DNA from: Naegleria gruberi | Lineage: Eukaryota | Strand: one strand, 5' to 3' | DNA length: 64,000 bases | Assembly: GCA_000004985.1 (NCBI GenBank) | Contig: GG738872.1 | Shown here: positions 53,385-63,851 of the stretch, piece by piece | Layout: every line of letters starts with the position of its first letter | Position numbering within the stretch: position 1 is the stretch's first letter | The notes under the pieces: generated by a model | What the model saw: the letters and a program-made list of their open reading frames with translations, nothing else | The model's database searches: none | What the model was told of the DNA's origin: nothing | Translations under genes and position numbers: made by a program

Positions 53385-55883
53385 ATGGAAGATAAATCTG
53401 CAATACATAACGATAACTATCAGGGGAGTGCTGTCGTTCTTGCTCGACTCAACAAACGGTCTTCTTCTATTGTTATTGGACATCAATCTAGTGATGACGA
53501 CATATCGATAGATGCAGAAGAGAATAGAAATAGCTCTCCCTTTTATAAATCTGTAAAGTTTTCGCTCTTAATGTTGGTAGGAGCTTCAGTACTACTCACA
53601 GTTGTACTTTTAACATTAATATGGATACCAACTTTTAGTTCTAGTATTTATACCCTAAGTGAAGCCAATAGGCTCAAAGAATTTAACTCTATAGTTTCCT
53701 TTGTTTCACAAACTGTGCGAGAGATTGTGATGGTTTCAGAGTCAAGTAAAAATTTGCTCAAATATGACTTTAATGTATCAGATGTGTCTGTAGTCGAACG
53801 AGCCATGTACCAAATTTATAAGAGCGAACAAAAATTTCACAAAGGCTTAACCTATTCGACCTACATTGGTGATTCATTTGGCAATTTGGTTGGCATTGTT
53901 GACTTGAATGGAAAGCACATGTTTGTACTTGTAGATAGTAACAACACGCAGTTATTTGAGTGTGTAGATATTTGGAAAAATGATTTGTGTGTTAGATCGC
54001 AAACACCCAACACCAGTGCACCAAGATTGGACATGAGTGTTGTTGTGGAGAGAGGGACCTTATTCTTAAACTCGCCCTCCTTCACTCTAAGCTATGTAGA
54101 TTCAAGGTTTCCCTACACTGTCTATATTACATTAGTGAATAGTGTGAGTAAGGCTGAAGATGCTTCCCTAGGAATTCCCTTTTCATTTTATTTTGGTTAT
54201 GATATCTCAACGACACGAATTTCGAACTATCTCAATAGTGAATCCTCAGATATACCCAACTCATTGGCCTACATTCTAGAGTCATCAACAGGCAATATTA
54301 TTTCCAGTAGTTTCAATGATTTTTACTATGGAACACCAAATGCTAGATCCTCAATTACTAATTTCCCAGGTGGAGGAAGAAATAAGTATATTGCGGAGAC
54401 TATTCTCGGCAACTTGAATTCAAACATTAGAAATCTGAGGTGTGGTGAGCAGTTGTTTCTCTCACCAGGTGATGAATACATAACAGCCCACAGAATTTGC
54501 CTCGAAGAGAACATTGATTGGATTATTGTTTTTGCAGTGAAACAATGGACCTATGTTTCTACAATGGTTGTGGCAATTGTGGTTGCTCTTGTTGCAAGTA
54601 CAGTTGTTACAATTATTGGATTCATCATTGGAATTTTCTTTTCTTTGAAAATGGTGGAGCCATTCGACTCTCTCATTGCAATGGTCAGGTCCGTCTCTTA
54701 TATGGACTTTGCTCTTCCAAAGATTGAACCATCCTTCTTCTCTGAATTGTCAGATTTACAACAAAACTTTTTACTCATGATTAGTAAAATTAAGAGCTAC
54801 AGAGCCTTCATTCCAAGTCACCTTCTTTCAGAATTGGATGCTCCTAATGAGAAGGCTCTTGTGGAGGATATTCAAAATAAGAAACCATCTGGAAATTTGG
54901 TGAGAAGACTCTCCTCTTCAAAGAGATTATCTCAGGGAGCACTAAGGAAGACTATGGTATTTGCACAGAAGGATAGATTTGCTCTCGGATTGGAAGACAG
55001 ATGTATCAGCCAAGTCTGTATTTACATTCAAGGATTCAAAACAATAACAGAAGATTGTGATTTGAAAGACATTGTCTTTTTATTGGGAGAAATTTATGAT
55101 TCCCTTATAAAGACAAGCAAAACCACAGGAGGTCAAATTGGATTATTCGAAAATAACTTGGTAACCATGTCTTGGAACGCAACAAAGGATCAACCAAAAC
55201 ATGAACTTAAGGCACTAAGCACAGCAACCTCATTCTTACAAAAAATTAACATTATCAAAGAAACCAGATGGAGATCGTATGAAGTCTTCAGAACATTCCC
55301 AAAACTCTTAGAGAATATTCATTTTAGAGTATCAGTTTCATCCCAATTGTGTCAGTGTGGTAATATTGGTACTGAAGAATTTAAGAGTTTTACAATCCTA
55401 GGAAGTATACAAAAGAACCTTTTCAGTCTTGTAAATATTGCAAAACAATTCAATCTTGGAGTGTTAGTGACTGAAGATATTCACTCTGCATGTGTAACAA
55501 ATTTTACAATGAGATATATTGAAAATGTAGACCTCGCTGTAGATGTAAGAAGGGCAAGAAATAATTTTGCAGAACCTCTCAAACAAAAAAGCACAAAACT
55601 ATATGAAGTTGGAGAAAGTACAGCTGTTAATATTGATGAGTGGATGTACGAGCTTCAAGAAAAGGAAAAGAAGGAAAGGTGGTTAAATTACAATAGAGCT
55701 ACCTTGTCCTTCTTTGAAAAGGATTACAATGAAGCAATTACATTAATGGATGAATTTTTGAAAAAGTTTCCAGATGATTTACCAGCACTTCACTTTAAAG
55801 CAAAATGTTATTCATACTTGGGAAACATCTCTCATGTTGAATCTCTAGAGGTATTAAGAAAGAACAGTTTCAAAGATAAATAA
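53385..55883 (+). CDS. Receptor-type class III cyclase-homology protein (TM, extracellular domain, TM, HAMP-like, degenerate CHD, TPR), 832 aa. Intronless paralogue of 14482-17128.
   Basis: Single ATG ORF. It has two TM helices (SLLMLVGASVLLTVVLLTLIWIP; VSTMVVAIVVALVASTVVTIIGFIIGIFF), the linker VEPFDSLIAMVRSVSYMDF...KIKSYRAFIPSHLLSE, a CHD-like block VCIYIQGFKTITE...GGQIGLFENNLVTMSW...VSVSSQLCQCGNIGT...FTILGSIQKNL, and TPR-like ATLSFFEKDYNEAITLMDEFLKKFPDD. Confidence 0.85.
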   Translation: MEDKSAIHNDNYQGSAVVLARLNKRSSSIVIGHQSSDDDISIDAEENRNSSPFYKSVKFSLLMLVGASVLLTVVLLTLIWIPTFSSSIYTLSEANRLKEFNSIVSFVSQTVREIVMVSESSKNLLKYDFNVSDVSVVERAMYQIYKSEQKFHKGLTYSTYIGDSFGNLVGIVDLNGKHMFVLVDSNNTQLFECVDIWKNDLCVRSQTPNTSAPRLDMSVVVERGTLFLNSPSFTLSYVDSRFPYTVYITLVNSVSKAEDASLGIPFSFYFGYDISTTRISNYLNSESSDIPNSLAYILESSTGNIISSSFNDFYYGTPNARSSITNFPGGGRNKYIAETILGNLNSNIRNLRCGEQLFLSPGDEYITAHRICLEENIDWIIVFAVKQWTYVSTMVVAIVVALVASTVVTIIGFIIGIFFSLKMVEPFDSLIAMVRSVSYMDFALPKIEPSFFSELSDLQQNFLLMISKIKSYRAFIPSHLLSELDAPNEKALVEDIQNKKPSGNLVRRLSSSKRLSQGALRKTMVFAQKDRFALGLEDRCISQVCIYIQGFKTITEDCDLKDIVFLLGEIYDSLIKTSKTTGGQIGLFENNLVTMSWNATKDQPKHELKALSTATSFLQKINIIKETRWRSYEVFRTFPKLLENIHFRVSVSSQLCQCGNIGTEEFKSFTILGSIQKNLFSLVNIAKQFNLGVLVTEDIHSACVTNFTMRYIENVDLAVDVRRARNNFAEPLKQKSTKLYEVGESTAVNIDEWMYELQEKEKKERWLNYNRATLSFFEKDYNEAITLMDEFLKKFPDDLPALHFKAKCYSYLGNISHVESLEVLRKNSFKDK

Positions 55884-55979
55884 CATACTACTACTAGGTT
55901 GACAGCTAAAGAATCTGATGTGCAACAAATCAACAAGTGATTTGTGAAAATAAACAATAAGGATCTCACATCATAAAAA

Positions 55980-58820
55980 ATGGGTAAACATCAAGACAGC
56001 ACTGCATCATCTGCTCCCAATAATCTGTCTTCCAGTTGGAAGATTTGTATGGTGTTGATTTTCTCCGTTATTTTATTTAATTTATTACATGGTGTGAAAT
56101 CTTCATCCGATCCAACAACTACCACCACAATTACTGCCAATGATTTTATTAGAACAATAGCAACAGAACAATATGATCGAACATTGTTACCTACTAGAAG
56201 AAATCAAGCAAGTGTCATGTCTCTGATGCTTCCTAAATTCATTAACATTCAACCATCAGGTCTTCAAAATTCCTTTCCCTATAAACTCTTCCTCTACAGA
56301 GAGAATGAACAACAAGACTCAACACAGGAACAACAACAGAAGGTTAGATTGGATGGTTTTCCACTCTTGTTCATTCCACAGGCACAACATGGATCCTATG
56401 CAGATGCCAAATCACTTGCATCAACTTTATATGAATTGAATGGACATTCAGAATATAGAAAAGAGGTCTATACTCAAGCTAGTTATATTCATCAAATGAC
56501 CAATGACATGACCTCTTCCAATAGATTTGGTTTCAATGACACCAATGATAAATCATCAGAAGAAAAGAATGATGAAGGTCAATTGATTGGATTTGATGTT
56601 TTCACAATTGACTTTAATGATGGAGAATGGAGTAATTTTCACAGTGGACTTCAAAAGAGACAAGAGGAATACATTAAACAAATTGTAGAGTTTATTCTAA
56701 AGGGACTTTATAAGGGATATCACAACAAGTTAATGATTGTTTCGTATAATAGTGAGCATGGATTTGAGAAAGTTTCGGATAGTGTTTATTTGGCTGTTAC
56801 AATTCAAGCTGGAAATGGAAAGATTTTGTGGAATATGCCAGGAAAGGAAAAGAAGGAAGTTAAAATTCCTGAAATGATTAACATTTTGGGAACTAGTACC
56901 ATTCCACATATTTTCTCAAATATGGACAAGTCTGCAATGAGATGGACTAAACAATTGCAACAAGTTTTGGCAAGTATTTTGCTTAGTATTGGAAATTCAG
57001 GTGCCAATTCTGAACATGGCAATTTGGACATGTCTGTAGAGGATAGAGATTTGATCATTTCACAATATCTTTCTCTCAAAACCAATTCAATTCCAGATTC
57101 TCTCTTGTGGGACGACTATGCAGCCAAGAGAGAAAATGTTAAGAAGGTTACACTCGGTAATAAGGAAATTGTCGAGTTGAGTCTTGGAAAGATTGAAACT
57201 GTTAAATTTGGAAATCAAAAGGTCTTGTATTACATGTTGAATACTGATGCTTTGCAAGAGGAGGTCAATACCATCTATATTTTCACAAACTTCTTCAGAC
57301 ACGAAGTGGATATCTTTATGAGCGAGGACCATAAAGTGGGTGGAGAAGATAATGGACCTACTGTCGTCTCTAAATCAATTTTCAAACTCTACAAGCAACA
57401 AATTACAATGTTGCCTTACTTGGAAACTGATGAAGATCATTTGGAAAGATACAATTCCAATCAACAAGTTGCCAAGGTCATGATTAAGATTCCTAATATT
57501 AAGGATCAAGTTGCTAAGAGAAAGATTTATGTGAGACTCACTAGTTTGTATACCAATGAAGAATTATCAATGGGAGCTGAGGAATCCTATCCGGATCGTT
57601 ACTTGGTTGCCTCTTCTCATCCAGGAACATGGAAGGAAACATCAAAGAACTTTATCAAACCGCATGTCATTGAGAATACTAGTGATTTATCTGTTGATTT
57701 CTGGAAGAGCGGTGTTAGTGTTAAATCTCCAAGTCCATACATTGTTTTGACTCATTTACCATTGACCTACTCTTACAAAATGTCAGTGATTAATACTCAC
57801 TGCTCTGATTTGTATCCAGTTGTGCAATTCCATTATGGTAGCATGTTTGAGTTTGAATCTCAATATATTCCATTGAGATATTGTGGAGAAAATATCATTG
57901 ATCTTCAATTCCTCAATTTGACTGACATTTCCGATAGAAATGATGAGAAATTGAAGGGAATTGCCGTCTACTTTTTGAATACCAATGAAAATCAAACAGA
58001 ATTTGAAGTGAGCTTCAAGGTAGATTTGGAAGAATCTTTCATTCACACCATTACCACTCAACATCTTCACACATTGGCTTGTGATATCTTTGTCATTGTT
58101 GTCATATTGCTTGCTTTCGAACATTTGAAATTGTCTCCAATTGTCTCATCCATTCTAATGCTCATTTTGTGTCCAGCAATTGCCTTCTTGCAATATCTCA
58201 CTATGGGTAAAGTTTTATACATTACCGACATGAGCTTGATTAATTTGAGTGTTTGCTTGATTTATTCATGGGTTGCTGTCTTGTTGGTCATTCTTGCATT
58301 GAGAATTATCACTCTAGTTTTTGGAGTGGCTGCAAAACTCATTCCTTCCTCTTTTGTAATGGCCATTTCTGTTGCTCTCTTCACAGCAAGTTTTGCTTTT
58401 GATCCAGCTCTTCCTTTCACTCTCTTGACATTCATTTATATTTTCAAACATTCATCTCAATCAAACATGACAAGTGTCTTGTACATGTTAGTTTCCTTAG
58501 TATTAATGGGTCCAAGTACTTTTGCTTTTATTAAGGAATGGAATTATTGGATTGAATTGAAGAAACCAACACAAACCATCTTTTCAGTTTTACCTGCATC
58601 TGTCTTGACAAGAGTTTGCTCACCAATCATGTTGATTCCATTCTATTTGAATGCATTGGAATTGAGATGGTTAAAGGTGAAATCATTTGGAAATTTGGTT
58701 GGCTTGTTGACTTTATTGAGTGGAATTTTGTTGGCAATTGTGGCCAAGATTGAAACGTATTATATTATTCCAGTGTTGGCATTTGTTGTCATTTTGAATG
58801 TTGTTTCGACCAGAAATTAA
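55980..58820 (+). CDS. PGAP1: PGAP1/BST1-like (GPI inositol-deacylase family) multi-pass membrane protein, 946 aa. The lipase GxSxG motif is not conserved.
   Basis: By-eye alignment to PGAP1: LFLYRENE (LYLYREGS); LDGFPLLFIPQAQHGSYADAKSLAS ([24 protein letters not shown]); FDVFTIDFNDGEWSNFHSGLQKRQEEYIKQIVEFILKGLYKG ([40 protein letters not shown]). The C-terminal third has multiple TM helices, as in PGAP1. Confidence 0.65.
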   Translation: MGKHQDSTASSAPNNLSSSWKICMVLIFSVILFNLLHGVKSSSDPTTTTTITANDFIRTIATEQYDRTLLPTRRNQASVMSLMLPKFINIQPSGLQNSFPYKLFLYRENEQQDSTQEQQQKVRLDGFPLLFIPQAQHGSYADAKSLASTLYELNGHSEYRKEVYTQASYIHQMTNDMTSSNRFGFNDTNDKSSEEKNDEGQLIGFDVFTIDFNDGEWSNFHSGLQKRQEEYIKQIVEFILKGLYKGYHNKLMIVSYNSEHGFEKVSDSVYLAVTIQAGNGKILWNMPGKEKKEVKIPEMINILGTSTIPHIFSNMDKSAMRWTKQLQQVLASILLSIGNSGANSEHGNLDMSVEDRDLIISQYLSLKTNSIPDSLLWDDYAAKRENVKKVTLGNKEIVELSLGKIETVKFGNQKVLYYMLNTDALQEEVNTIYIFTNFFRHEVDIFMSEDHKVGGEDNGPTVVSKSIFKLYKQQITMLPYLETDEDHLERYNSNQQVAKVMIKIPNIKDQVAKRKIYVRLTSLYTNEELSMGAEESYPDRYLVASSHPGTWKETSKNFIKPHVIENTSDLSVDFWKSGVSVKSPSPYIVLTHLPLTYSYKMSVINTHCSDLYPVVQFHYGSMFEFESQYIPLRYCGENIIDLQFLNLTDISDRNDEKLKGIAVYFLNTNENQTEFEVSFKVDLEESFIHTITTQHLHTLACDIFVIVVILLAFEHLKLSPIVSSILMLILCPAIAFLQYLTMGKVLYITDMSLINLSVCLIYSWVAVLLVILALRIITLVFGVAAKLIPSSFVMAISVALFTASFAFDPALPFTLLTFIYIFKHSSQSNMTSVLYMLVSLVLMGPSTFAFIKEWNYWIELKKPTQTIFSVLPASVLTRVCSPIMLIPFYLNALELRWLKVKSFGNLVGLLTLLSGILLAIVAKIETYYIIPVLAFVVILNVVSTRN

Positions 58821-58896
58821 TAATGAAATAAAAATCTTAATTTTTTTAAGGATTATTAGAATCGATAATGTTATTATTTCAATCAACTAATTACGT

Positions 58897-59619
58897 TTAT
58901 TGAGAAGCAGATGATGAATTTGATGATGAATTATTAGCAGCAACTTCAGAAGAAAGTAATTGATCGAACCAATAATCATTGACAACTCTCTTTGATTTGG
59001 TCAACAAGGTTTGCAATTCTTTCAAGCTCTCTACTTGCTCGTCAATTAATCTTTGAAGGTACCCAGTTAATGCAAAGTCCTTTTGTTGTTCAGCTCTGTG
59101 ATACAAGTGTGAAATTTTATCATAAACCATTCTTTCAGTTTCGATTGCCAATTCGAACCCTTTAGTAGCCATATGTAATTGACCAGTACTATCACTTGAA
59201 TCAAAAACGTCTGCAAACTCAGGTGGTGCATTGATCACAGTGAATTTAACCTTTCCTCCTCTAGAATTTTGATAATTAATCAAAGATTGAGCATGTGTTC
59301 TTTCTTCACTTGCCTGGTTGTGGAAATAACTTGCAACACCTGGCAAGGCAATAGTTGGCTGAGCAAAATAAGTTGCCAATGCTGTGTAAAAGTAACTAGC
59401 ATTCAATTCATGATTAATTTGTTCATTGACAAGTTTTTCACATTCAACAGTGTAATTGTAACGAATCTTGTTGAGAGTTGGATTAGAATTGTCGAGTTGG
59501 AAGGATTGGGAGTGGAAAGAACGAAGGGATGTTGTTGATGAGAAAAAGTTGGTTGTATGGGTGTTTCTGATTGACTTCGTGGTCAATTGGGTGAGAATTC
59601 GTCTAGTGTTGTTGATCAT
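58897..59619 (-). CDS. Ferritin with a ~55-aa N-terminal presequence (putative organellar/mitochondrial targeting), 240 aa
   Basis: Ferritin core: CEKLVNEQINHELNASYFYTALATYFAQPTIALPGVASYFHNQASEERTHAQSLINYQNSRGG (consensus N.qIn.El.ASy.Y...a.yf..d.valpG...ff...s.EEreHA..l..yqn.RGG). The N-terminus, MINNTRRILTQLTTKSIRNTHTTNFFSSTTSLRSFHS, is basic, hydroxylated and acid-free. Confidence 0.85.
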   Translation of the reverse strand: MINNTRRILTQLTTKSIRNTHTTNFFSSTTSLRSFHSQSFQLDNSNPTLNKIRYNYTVECEKLVNEQINHELNASYFYTALATYFAQPTIALPGVASYFHNQASEERTHAQSLINYQNSRGGKVKFTVINAPPEFADVFDSSDSTGQLHMATKGFELAIETERMVYDKISHLYHRAEQQKDFALTGYLQRLIDEQVESLKELQTLLTKSKRVVNDYWFDQLLSSEVAANNSSSNSSSASQ

Positions 59620-59927
59620 TTTTTTTGTTAGTTTTGATCTCTGTCAATCAAGGATGTTGCAAAGATGACGACATCTTTGAGGATCACTTTACAATGTATA
59701 CCTTTAGAAAATTTTGAATGTGAATATTTAAATTTACTTAAATATTATTTTAATTAACTTAATCAGCAAATTAATTTTGTGAATCTTCATAGAATTATCA
59801 AAATAAATTGTAAATCCAAATCATCATTGAAGGATATTCCAAGTTAGTTGAATTCCAAACCAAACCACCCATACTGTAAGGTAAAACTATTTCACTTTTG
59901 AACAATAGATTGTTCAAAATGGTACTT

Positions 59928-61820
59928 TTACACTCTATTTTCTGGAACTACATTGTGATGACGAATGAGCAATTTGGTAGGTGAAGAAACAATGGCAATA
60001 TTATTGGGTGATCTTGGAGCAGAGACAGAATCTCTTGTCTTGTAAAATTTCTCAGTTTCCAAAGTCTCCAACAATGGGATAAACACAAAGTAAACAATAA
60101 TTAAAAAGCAAACTAATACATCGCAACAAATAAAATTCACAACGTTGAAAAAGCGAACCAGAACATCATAAAGTAATGAGGTTGGCTCTACATTAATGGA
60201 TTGAATGATAGTAAAGAGAACCTCACCACTTTTCCCGAATATTCCAAAAACTGTGAAAAAGCATGTAATGATGATTTGACATGCCAGAACTTTCCTCTTT
60301 AACCTCTTGTTAATTAACTTTCTATAGAGCTTGACACTGTAAAAGTTAAAGGTAATGAAAAATGAAAAATAGAAGGAAATGTAAATAAGGAGAGAACTCA
60401 ATGGAAATGCACAATAACCTCCATATCGTGTCAAGTGACTATAAATAAACTCTAATTTGTGATGTTGAATATTATAGCTTAACACTACATCAACAATAAT
60501 TGAAGCTATTTGAAGAATAGTAAAGAATGAAGTTAGAATGAGTGTACGTATGAAAATGTTGGTGTTTTCCTTTCTGACATTGATGGTAAGATGGGTTCTT
60601 TGGAATTCTTGGACGGACGGTGCATTATTCTTGATAAAGCTTTGCCCATGGTCTCTAGATCTTGGTGATATTTGGATTGGTTCCTCCTTATTACTGCTTG
60701 AATCACTTCGAGGAGATTTGTGAGAGTGTGATTCGGATTTTCTTCTAGAATGATTTCTATCAGAGGTAGATGGTGGCCTTTCTACAATATTTTTACTCGC
60801 AGAGCTAGATCTAAGTAGGGGTTTTACAGACCCATCATCTATTGTAACACCAGTCAAGTGATTATTCTCAGGCAAGTCAAGTTTAGATTCCTCATCAACG
60901 ACAACATCCACCACAGAGGTAGACCTAGCAAGTTTTGGTTTCTTATCTTTTAACTCTTCATCTTCTGCTGCAGTTGTTGTGGTAGCAGCAGCTATTGAAA
61001 CCTTGCTTTTAGGTACTGTTTTTGTAAAGTGAGTATCAGTTTTCTTACTAGGAGTGAGTGTATGACTAAGGATGAATAGCACTGAACATGTAGCAAGTAC
61101 AAATCCGAAAAATTCGAAAGGTTGTATTATTCTACATGCAATGTTATTAGAAATACTGGAAGAGTCATAACTGGTATTTGGATTCTTAATTTCAGTCCAC
61201 CAAGGTTGTTGAAACAGTAATACTAGAATACCAAAGAAGGAATGCACAATAGCACCCAGAAGAGCAATAACTCTCGAAGGCCACAATGATAAGAAATAAT
61301 TCTTTCTATTTCTTATCAGTACAATTAGAGTAATCAGGTAAAAGAGCAAGGTGAGTGTACAAATACTAACTCCCACATATTCCAGCACTGAATCAACTGT
61401 TTGCATACTCTCCGATGCTTCCTTATCATCTGTTATATTGAAAGGTATTGATAAATCCTGTTTTGAAGTTGGAAAATAATTGAAAATGTTAGAAGTTGTT
61501 GTAGTTATTAAATTATCATGTTGATGTGAAGATGAAGAAGAAGATGAAAATATCGAAAATACTGATTCTAATGATGATTGATCTTGTTGTATTAAATTAT
61601 TTAAATTAGCAGCAATATGGTTGTATGAAGAAGAACCCGACGAGAATGAACTCTCTAATTCCTTCTGCCTATAATCACTCTTTGTTATCCACGGTGATAC
61701 TGATGATGATGATGATAAGAAGTCCTTCAGAGATGATACTGCCCCCACCACTGAAGATGATGCCGATAGAAAATCACCAACGGCTTGCCTCAGCAGCAGC
61801 AACATTGTACTATCAGCCAT
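59928..61820 (-). CDS. Multi-pass (about 7 predicted TM) membrane protein with a long Ser/basic-rich internal loop, 630 aa, function unknown
   Basis: Long ORF with its first ATG at 61820 (MADSTMLLLL); the track start at 61853 is a TTG. Three hydrophobic helices, a ~200-aa hydrophilic loop, and four more helices, judged by eye. Confidence 0.6.
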   Translation of the reverse strand: MADSTMLLLLRQAVGDFLSASSSVVGAVSSLKDFLSSSSSVSPWITKSDYRQKELESSFSSGSSSYNHIAANLNNLIQQDQSSLESVFSIFSSSSSSSHQHDNLITTTTSNIFNYFPTSKQDLSIPFNITDDKEASESMQTVDSVLEYVGVSICTLTLLFYLITLIVLIRNRKNYFLSLWPSRVIALLGAIVHSFFGILVLLFQQPWWTEIKNPNTSYDSSSISNNIACRIIQPFEFFGFVLATCSVLFILSHTLTPSKKTDTHFTKTVPKSKVSIAAATTTTAAEDEELKDKKPKLARSTSVVDVVVDEESKLDLPENNHLTGVTIDDGSVKPLLRSSSASKNIVERPPSTSDRNHSRRKSESHSHKSPRSDSSSNKEEPIQISPRSRDHGQSFIKNNAPSVQEFQRTHLTINVRKENTNIFIRTLILTSFFTILQIASIIVDVVLSYNIQHHKLEFIYSHLTRYGGYCAFPLSSLLIYISFYFSFFITFNFYSVKLYRKLINKRLKRKVLACQIIITCFFTVFGIFGKSGEVLFTIIQSINVEPTSLLYDVLVRFFNVVNFICCDVLVCFLIIVYFVFIPLLETLETEKFYKTRDSVSAPRSPNNIAIVSSPTKLLIRHHNVVPENRV

Positions 61821-62213
61821 TTTTCTTTTCTTTTTGGCGCCAATTACTACCAAAATGTAACTGCTTTCTCCAAAATGTTCAACTAGCCGTTATCGAGTTT
61901 TTCTCCTATAGCTAAAACGAACGTTTAACTTTAAGGATATAAGAAAATATATTCACAGCTGAATGATCACACCTTTGCAAAGTGTTATTAGATGAAGGTT
62001 CATTATTTTATAAAAGGATCAAGAAGTGAATCAACTCTAAATTGGCTCTGGTCTTTTTCAAGCGAATATCCCCACAATATTATCAAAAGAAGATTGAAGA
62101 TAAGAATAAATTCATAACAATAACCAATAGATAGCACAATCCATTGGCCACACATAATGAACCTTGATCAAGTGAGTGCCGAAGAAGAAATTTCTTAACA
62201 ACAATAAGAAAAA

Positions 62214-63851
62214 ATGTTAGAACAAGTAACAACAGCAACAACATCGGTCGTTGGCAATAATAATACTATTAATAATAATAGCACTGGCAACAATGATCCA
62301 TCATCAAAGTCTACGAATGATGGGAGTGGTTTTACATTTGTTGGGCGATTTAATTTTAAAGTGAGAGCAGAAAGACAACATCACCACCATCATCACCATC
62401 ATCATCACAATCAACAAGAAGAAATTTGTAATCAGCATCATCAACATACAGAACAATGTGTTGGTCATCATCAACATGATAATTGTTGTGAGCATAAGAA
62501 TGGTGGTGAAGAAGAAATTCATTCCGATCAAAGTTGTTCTTCTGCCAAGCAAGAATGTAAACATGAACATCATCACCACCATCACCATCATCATCACGAT
62601 TATAAAACATTGAGTGTTTTGGTGATGGGCCATGCAACTGGTTCAATTTCATTGTTTGCTCAGGGAGCATCAAGCTTGCATACTGAAGAGAATGTTTCCA
62701 AATTTCCAATTTCTAACATTTTAAAGATGGAATCGAATATTATTTCTGATATTGATCAAGAGTATATTACAACTGCTATTACTAAAAAGAAGAATACCAT
62801 TAATTCGCAAAACTTTATTGTTACAAGTTCTGGTAATGGTGTGAAATTCTGGAAGATTGAAGCAAAGGAAAAACAGGGAATTATTGGATTTAAATTTACA
62901 TTGCTATTGGAAAGCGTACTTTCTAATTCAAAGATTGTTTCCCTACATAATTCACACGATTTAATTATTGCTATTGCTGAGAATGGAACAGTTGGTGTGT
63001 GGAAAATTAACATTGACGGACAAGTAGTTAAACTATCCCTCTATAATTTTGGAAGAATTCACAAAGTGGTGAGTGTTTGCTCTAGTAGAAAGGATAGAGT
63101 GAGGCCAAACGCAATTCTTGCCTATAGTTATTTGGCTGTGGCATTCTCTGATGGTATGATTGGAATTTACGAGCCAGATTATGATATTTTGAGAAATGAT
63201 ATTTCAAAAATTGGTGTAACTGAAGAGTACAATTCATTGAGGTATCAATTAGAGAATGTCATGACTCTCAGAATGATCATTCATGCCTTTGAGAACTTTA
63301 CTTGGAGTGGAGAGAATTTATCATTTGAGAAACCATTCAATGTTAGTAATGATGGTAAAACCTACGAGTTGTGCAATATTACTCTCCCTGAAAATAATGA
63401 ACAATTATACACTCTTATCAAACGAGATGGTGATTATGTGATAAAGGTTTTCAACTCGGCCACCTATGGTAAACATAGTACAGTTACAGAATTTACCACA
63501 GAAGCCATGGCTGAAGGAGTGCATTCTAACATTTTTGATATTAGAATTATAGGAGGTTTATTAGTTGTTTCGAGTGGAGACCTTGTCGAAGTTTATAATG
63601 CACAGAGCAAGAGTAGTAAATGGTGCTCTCTATTAAGCTACGAGGAGGAAGATACTCAGGAGTGTGATTTTGGAGTGCAAAGTATCTCATTTGATGGTAA
63701 GAGAGCTCTTCTCTTAGGTTGTACAGATTCACGTATTCGTGGTATTGTTTTGGATGTTCAACATCAACAACTTTTAGGGATGAATCATATTGATAATGAT
63801 TCACACGATTTGGAAACTTTTGAAGTGGATTTACCAACAACAATGAATTAA
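62214..63851 (+). CDS. Hypothetical WD/beta-propeller-like protein with a His/Cys-rich N-terminal region, 545 aa
   Basis: ATG ORF. Two H10 tracts bracket a Cys/His-rich segment. WD-like strands recur downstream (GHATGSISLFA; SGNGVKFWKI; ENGTVGVWKI; FSDGMIGIYE). Confidence 0.6.
   Translation: MLEQVTTATTSVVGNNNTINNNSTGNNDPSSKSTNDGSGFTFVGRFNFKVRAERQHHHHHHHHHHNQQEEICNQHHQHTEQCVGHHQHDNCCEHKNGGEEEIHSDQSCSSAKQECKHEHHHHHHHHHHDYKTLSVLVMGHATGSISLFAQGASSLHTEENVSKFPISNILKMESNIISDIDQEYITTAITKKKNTINSQNFIVTSSGNGVKFWKIEAKEKQGIIGFKFTLLLESVLSNSKIVSLHNSHDLIIAIAENGTVGVWKINIDGQVVKLSLYNFGRIHKVVSVCSSRKDRVRPNAILAYSYLAVAFSDGMIGIYEPDYDILRNDISKIGVTEEYNSLRYQLENVMTLRMIIHAFENFTWSGENLSFEKPFNVSNDGKTYELCNITLPENNEQLYTLIKRDGDYVIKVFNSATYGKHSTVTEFTTEAMAEGVHSNIFDIRIIGGLLVVSSGDLVEVYNAQSKSSKWCSLLSYEEEDTQECDFGVQSISFDGKRALLLGCTDSRIRGIVLDVQHQQLLGMNHIDNDSHDLETFEVDLPTTMN

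Noticed and set aside
62304-62709. Antisense ORFs rich in Met/Val/Asp across the His-tract region
   Set aside because: They are the mirror image of the CAT/CAC repeats of the sense-strand His tracts and are not independent genes.
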